A DNA stretch of 37,754 nt from Tubiluchus corallicola (lineage: Eukaryota; Animalia; Priapulida), in the NCBI GenBank assembly GCA_030141605.1, contig JAQGDQ010001502.1:1-37754 (forward strand), given 5' to 3'. The position numbers and the translations under genes are program-made. A model generated the notes under the pieces. That model was not told the DNA's origin. It saw only the letters and a program-made list of their open reading frames with translations, and did no database searches. Of the stretch, positions 33,899-37,754 are shown in pieces (the first letter of the stretch is position 1; each line of letters begins with the position of its first letter).

Positions 33899-34203
33899 GA
33901 CATGATTAAGGACTCCAGTCTACAATTCTGACCCACTAGCTCTCGGGTTAAAAAGTCCAAACATTGACTGCATGCAGTGAACTTGTACTGCTTGTACTAC
34001 TGTATATAAGCACAGATAGCATAACTAAAATTTTTGTGCCACTGTGAAATAATCCAGTGAGCCCTTATGAAAAGTAAAATTTTATTGCATGTTAATCAGC
34101 CATTTCTTAGAAAATTGTTGCAGTTGTCACGATTACGCGTGCTTGTGGGTGGTAATTTTCTACAAAGTGTGTTAAAGTTCAAAGGGTTATGCGAAAATGT
34201 ACC

Positions 34204-34499
34204 TGTTGTGTTTCGTTTCTCTCGGAAGGCTCATAGAGAAAACCAGGAAACACGTCGCCAAATTAAACTAGTTTATTATGCGAGAATTCTACAACACAAA
34301 AGTATGAAGGAATGCGAAATGTTTACAGTAAATGTGATAATCTGGAAACGTGAAAGCGAGAAAGCGTATCTGAGAATACGAGGATACAAGAGAATAAACT
34401 CCAGCGGCCAGCTCCGCCTTATATATCAGTGCAGAAAGTTCTCGAAACTTCTACAAGGTAAAAAGATAGTTCTACTATACTATAGAACATTCTACAACA
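34204..34499 (-). mobile_element. Solo LTR, diverged shorter subfamily
   Basis: TGTTGT...ACAACA ends; 3' half matches copies 1 and 3; flanks GTACC/GTATC (4/5). Confidence 0.8.
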
Positions 34500-34806
34500 G
34501 TATCTTATATCAGAGAATGTAACATCTGTTACACTCTGCTAATATCTGCAGTCTCAAACCACTGATCTCTGTTACAGAAGTGCAGAATATGACGTTACGT
34601 TACTTAAACGGAAGGATTATCAACAGTCATTAGTGAGTTGAGGCAGTTCTTCACCACTAAGGATCCCCTTATCCACATAGCCTAACAGGGCTGCATGTGC
34701 ACAGTTATGTCACTATGTATAATGTCATCAAGAATGCTTGGAACTACAAATTACATGATAGACAGTATCTTAAATTGCATTTTAAAGCATAAAAATAAAT
34801 GTTTTT

Positions 34807-35396
34807 CATCATCATCATCATCATCATCCAATGAATCACACGTCCAGGGACATGATTCTGCTCACCTCCCTATGCCAGGACTCTCTACATGCCGCAATAC
34901 CCCAAGTGGATTTATTTCTAAGGATCAATGCTGAAGTGTTTAAATCTTTCTGTGCAAAATCTAAATATGTTAACATTTGTCCTCCTGCAGGTTTTTTAGC
35001 TGGTTCTATGGCTTGTTGAAGAGCTATCTTCACTGGAACATCATCAGGTAGTCTAAGCATATGCCCAATCCATCTTAAATGGCGTCTTTTTGTTTTTCTT
35101 GTGCAAGGTTCTTCTTTTATTTTTTCATATAGATCTTTGTTTGAAATTTTCTTTGGCCATCTAATACCCAAAATGTTTCTGTAATTTCGCCTTTGAAACG
35201 CATCGATTTCAGCTTTATGATTTGCTTTTAATGTCCAGAGCTCAGAGTTATACAGAAATACAGTTTCAACTAAGGCTGAGAATATTCTAATTTTTGTTCC
35301 AAAGAAATCTTCCTATTTTCAAAAACTTTTGTGAGTTTTGAGTAAGCTGATAATGCCATTATCTTCCATCTTGATATGTCGTCTTCTGCTGCCAGC
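34807..35396 (-). mobile_element. 5'-truncated RTE-like LINE
   Basis: Translates to TKIRIFSALVETVFLYNSELWTL...IDAFQRRNYRNILGIRWPKKISNKDLYE...RRHLRWIGHMLRL, typical of the RTE ORF C-terminus; (GAT)n tail; 9-bp TSD AATGTTTTT at 34798-34806 and 35397-35405. Confidence 0.88.
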
Positions 35397-35426
35397 AATG
35401 TTTTTACTCGACCAGAAACTTTTAAC

Positions 35427-35760
35427 TAGTGCCCGCATCGACTTGAGTTCGATTCGAATGAATTTTTTAGCTCAAATGTAAAATCATAGATTCGAATAAT
35501 TCAGCACTTCAACTACATACGTTCGCTATCAATAAATGTTTGAAATAGCGTGCAATCGGCACAAACAAACTGCAATTGTTGTGCACAATTTTTAAACTAA
35601 TTATTAGTGTTTTTACAGTGGAACAAAAGTCAAGTAATATGCATGATCTTCGCAAGACCGTTTTTTATTAGTGATTTGATGATTTACTCTAAAACGTGTA
35701 AAACTGAATTTGCTTCGGATTTGAAAATGCTGGAATTGGTTTGATTCGCTTCAGTTCAAA
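35427..35760 (+). mobile_element. Degenerate MITE-like repeat, relative of 14790-15358 without the array
   Basis: By-eye alignment; right boundary approximate. Confidence 0.5.
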
Positions 35761-35988
35761 TTCACAAGGCCTGTTCACAATTTTGCATCAATGTACGCAT
35801 AATTCTTGAAGATTATGAAGAAAAACGTTTGTAGCAGATCAATTATATATGCTACCATCGTCCAAGCCAAGTTTTAACTTTGCGAAAACCAGTTTAATTG
35901 CAAAAATGTAGCATGTTCACTTACCAGTAACAGAAGTTCACTTATGACTTATTTTGAGTTAACAGAAGTGGATATTGCGCAAAACGGG

Positions 35989-36359
35989 TGTTGTGGAGAT
36001 CACTGACATCTATTAGAATTAAATAGAACATTGTAGAATGTTCCATTAGAACAATCGTCCTACCTTGTAGAATGTTTTAGAAAGAAACGTCTAGAATGTT
36101 CCCTGGCACTCTATATAAGGCGAAGCAGGCTGCTGAGAGGGAGGCACGTTGATTCGCACGGATGCCACTTACACATTCTCTTGTATACTTGTATTTTCAG
36201 ATACACTCAAACGTTTTCCAGATTTTCACGTTTACTGTAATCATTTCGCGTTCCTTCATACTTTTGTGTTGCAGAATTCTCGCTTAATAAACTAGTTTAA
36301 TTTGACGAAGTGTTTTCTGGTTTTCTCTACGAGTCTTCCGAGAGAAACAAAACACAACA
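35989..36359 (+). mobile_element. Solo LTR, copy 3
   Basis: Collinear with 16539-16905; perfect 5-bp TSD ACGGG. Confidence 0.88.
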
Positions 36360-36413
36360 ACGGGCAAGAAGTTAGCAAGGAAAGCAAATGCGCTCAACAA
36401 CCACTTTGGAACA

Positions 36414-37257
36414 TCTATACTCTTATATTAATATTCTTGGTATATATATATATAAGATTCGAGGCTACAGCTTCGACGAGGGCACCATTTGCGGCGATCT
36501 ATATATCAAACGAAAGGTCTCGATCTAGTGTCGTGCCATTGATGGTTTATTTTTCGAATCGGGCCCACCGGGAGGAGGGGGGGGGGCGAAAAACCTCCAA
36601 AAATGCCCCTTTTTCGACCGTTTTTTGCAAAAAATTGCAAAAGTTATACGGCTGAGATGATGAGAACGGGAACGGGCCGAGGGTGGTCCTGGGTATGGAT
36701 AGATAGCCCGTTCAGCGGTGGGTGTAGTAGGCATATTTAGAATTCCCGAGAGGGCCAGGGCGCCCCGCAACGGGCGTTTTCCCGGACCCAACTCGCGATT
36801 TTTTCGAAATTTTGACCAAACAGCATGCGGGAAAAACGTTCTAGCATCGCCCGGTGGGTCTTTGGGAAGGAGATATGGGGCTCTTTACAAAGAGGAAGGA
36901 CAGGGCTACGCGATGATGTGGGTTATATTTTAGGACAGGTCCACCGGGAGGAGTATCGACCAGTTAATTGCGTGTATTATTTTCCGCAAATTTCGACAAT
37001 TTTCGCTTAGAAAACCGTGTTGACCGCATTCCATTGTGCTGACGTCATCCATTGTGTCTATAACTTTAATTCAGCAAAAAGCTGCTTTGCAACATACAGT
37101 AGGCAGGAGTAAACGCTGCTGGCTTTGCGTTAGGTAAGTAGGCAGGATGTTACGGGCTTTGTGTTATAAATGAGGACTGTGTAGGATGTTCGCGTATTAT
37201 TCATTACACGTGTATTTATACGCAAATACGCAAAATCTTTTGCGGGGCCTTTGCTAG
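36414..37257 (+). mobile_element. Non-autonomous Helitron, longest copy
   Basis: A/TC start; hairpin CGCAAAA-TC-TTTTGCG at 37229-37244; CTAG/T end; no TSD. Confidence 0.85.
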
Positions 37258-37271
37258 TCAACATATTAATA

Positions 37272-37520
37272 TCGGGCCATGAGTACATGATAAAGTATGT
37301 GATCAGTACATGGTATATCAGGCTACAGTACATCAGTAATACTTACGATGTTTGGTTGAGTCGGGCCATCAGTACATGATAAAGTATATGATCAGTACAT
37401 AGTATATCAGGCCACAGTACATCAGTAATACTTACGATGTTTGGTTGAGTCGGGCCATCAGTACATGATAAAGTATATGATCAGTACATAGTATATCAGG
37501 CCACAGTACATCAGTAATAC
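37272..37520. repeat. 89-bp tandem repeat, about 3 copies
   Basis: TCGGGCCAT recurs near 37272, 37361 and 37450. Confidence 0.9.
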
Positions 37521-37754
37521 GTACAAAATCATATAATTAGTTATATATTACATATACATTACACACCAAAAATAATACATTGAAAAACAATAAAAAGACA
37601 GAAATAATAATTTTAACTTTAAAAAATTATACTTAAAAACGCCATGAAATTATGTGTGTGTAATTAATCTTCCATGATAAATGTTAAGATGTCATTCAAT
37701 TCACTCAACCTATAAAAAAGAGAAATCTCTTGCTTCTATTGAATTTAAAATATC

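Noticed and set aside
34067-34522. 151-aa ORF
   Set aside because: Runs antisense through a solo LTR and its flank; no protein motif
16539-36359. One large LTR retrotransposon bounded by LTR copies 1 and 3
   Set aside because: Each LTR has its own TSD and host genes lie between them

Overview
AT-rich, intron-rich animal (probably marine invertebrate) genomic DNA, not prokaryotic. Two spliced genes lie head-to-head. On the - strand is an RSKR/SGK494-like AGC-related Ser/Thr kinase: 10 coding exons were reconstructed by hand from 24008 down to 3094 (333 codons), and the last exon(s) probably lie left of the window. On the + strand is a complete 3-exon COX6A gene (24925-28843, 104 aa). The rest is densely filled with repeats: two copies of a 5S-rRNA-headed SINE (SINE3 type), three solo LTRs with 5-bp TSDs, truncated L2/CR1-group and RTE-like LINEs with TSDs, non-autonomous Helitrons, piggyBac-, pogo-, hAT- and Kolobok-like MITEs, and at least seven tandem arrays. 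The most notable observations are the 5S-headed SINE family; an inverted LINE pair bracketing three kinase exons that could back-splice into a 318-nt stop-free circle; an in-frame kinase-LINE read-through with its own poly(A) signal; and repeated birth of minisatellites at DNA-transposon ends. All alignments and family names were made by eye and from memory; no searches were run.
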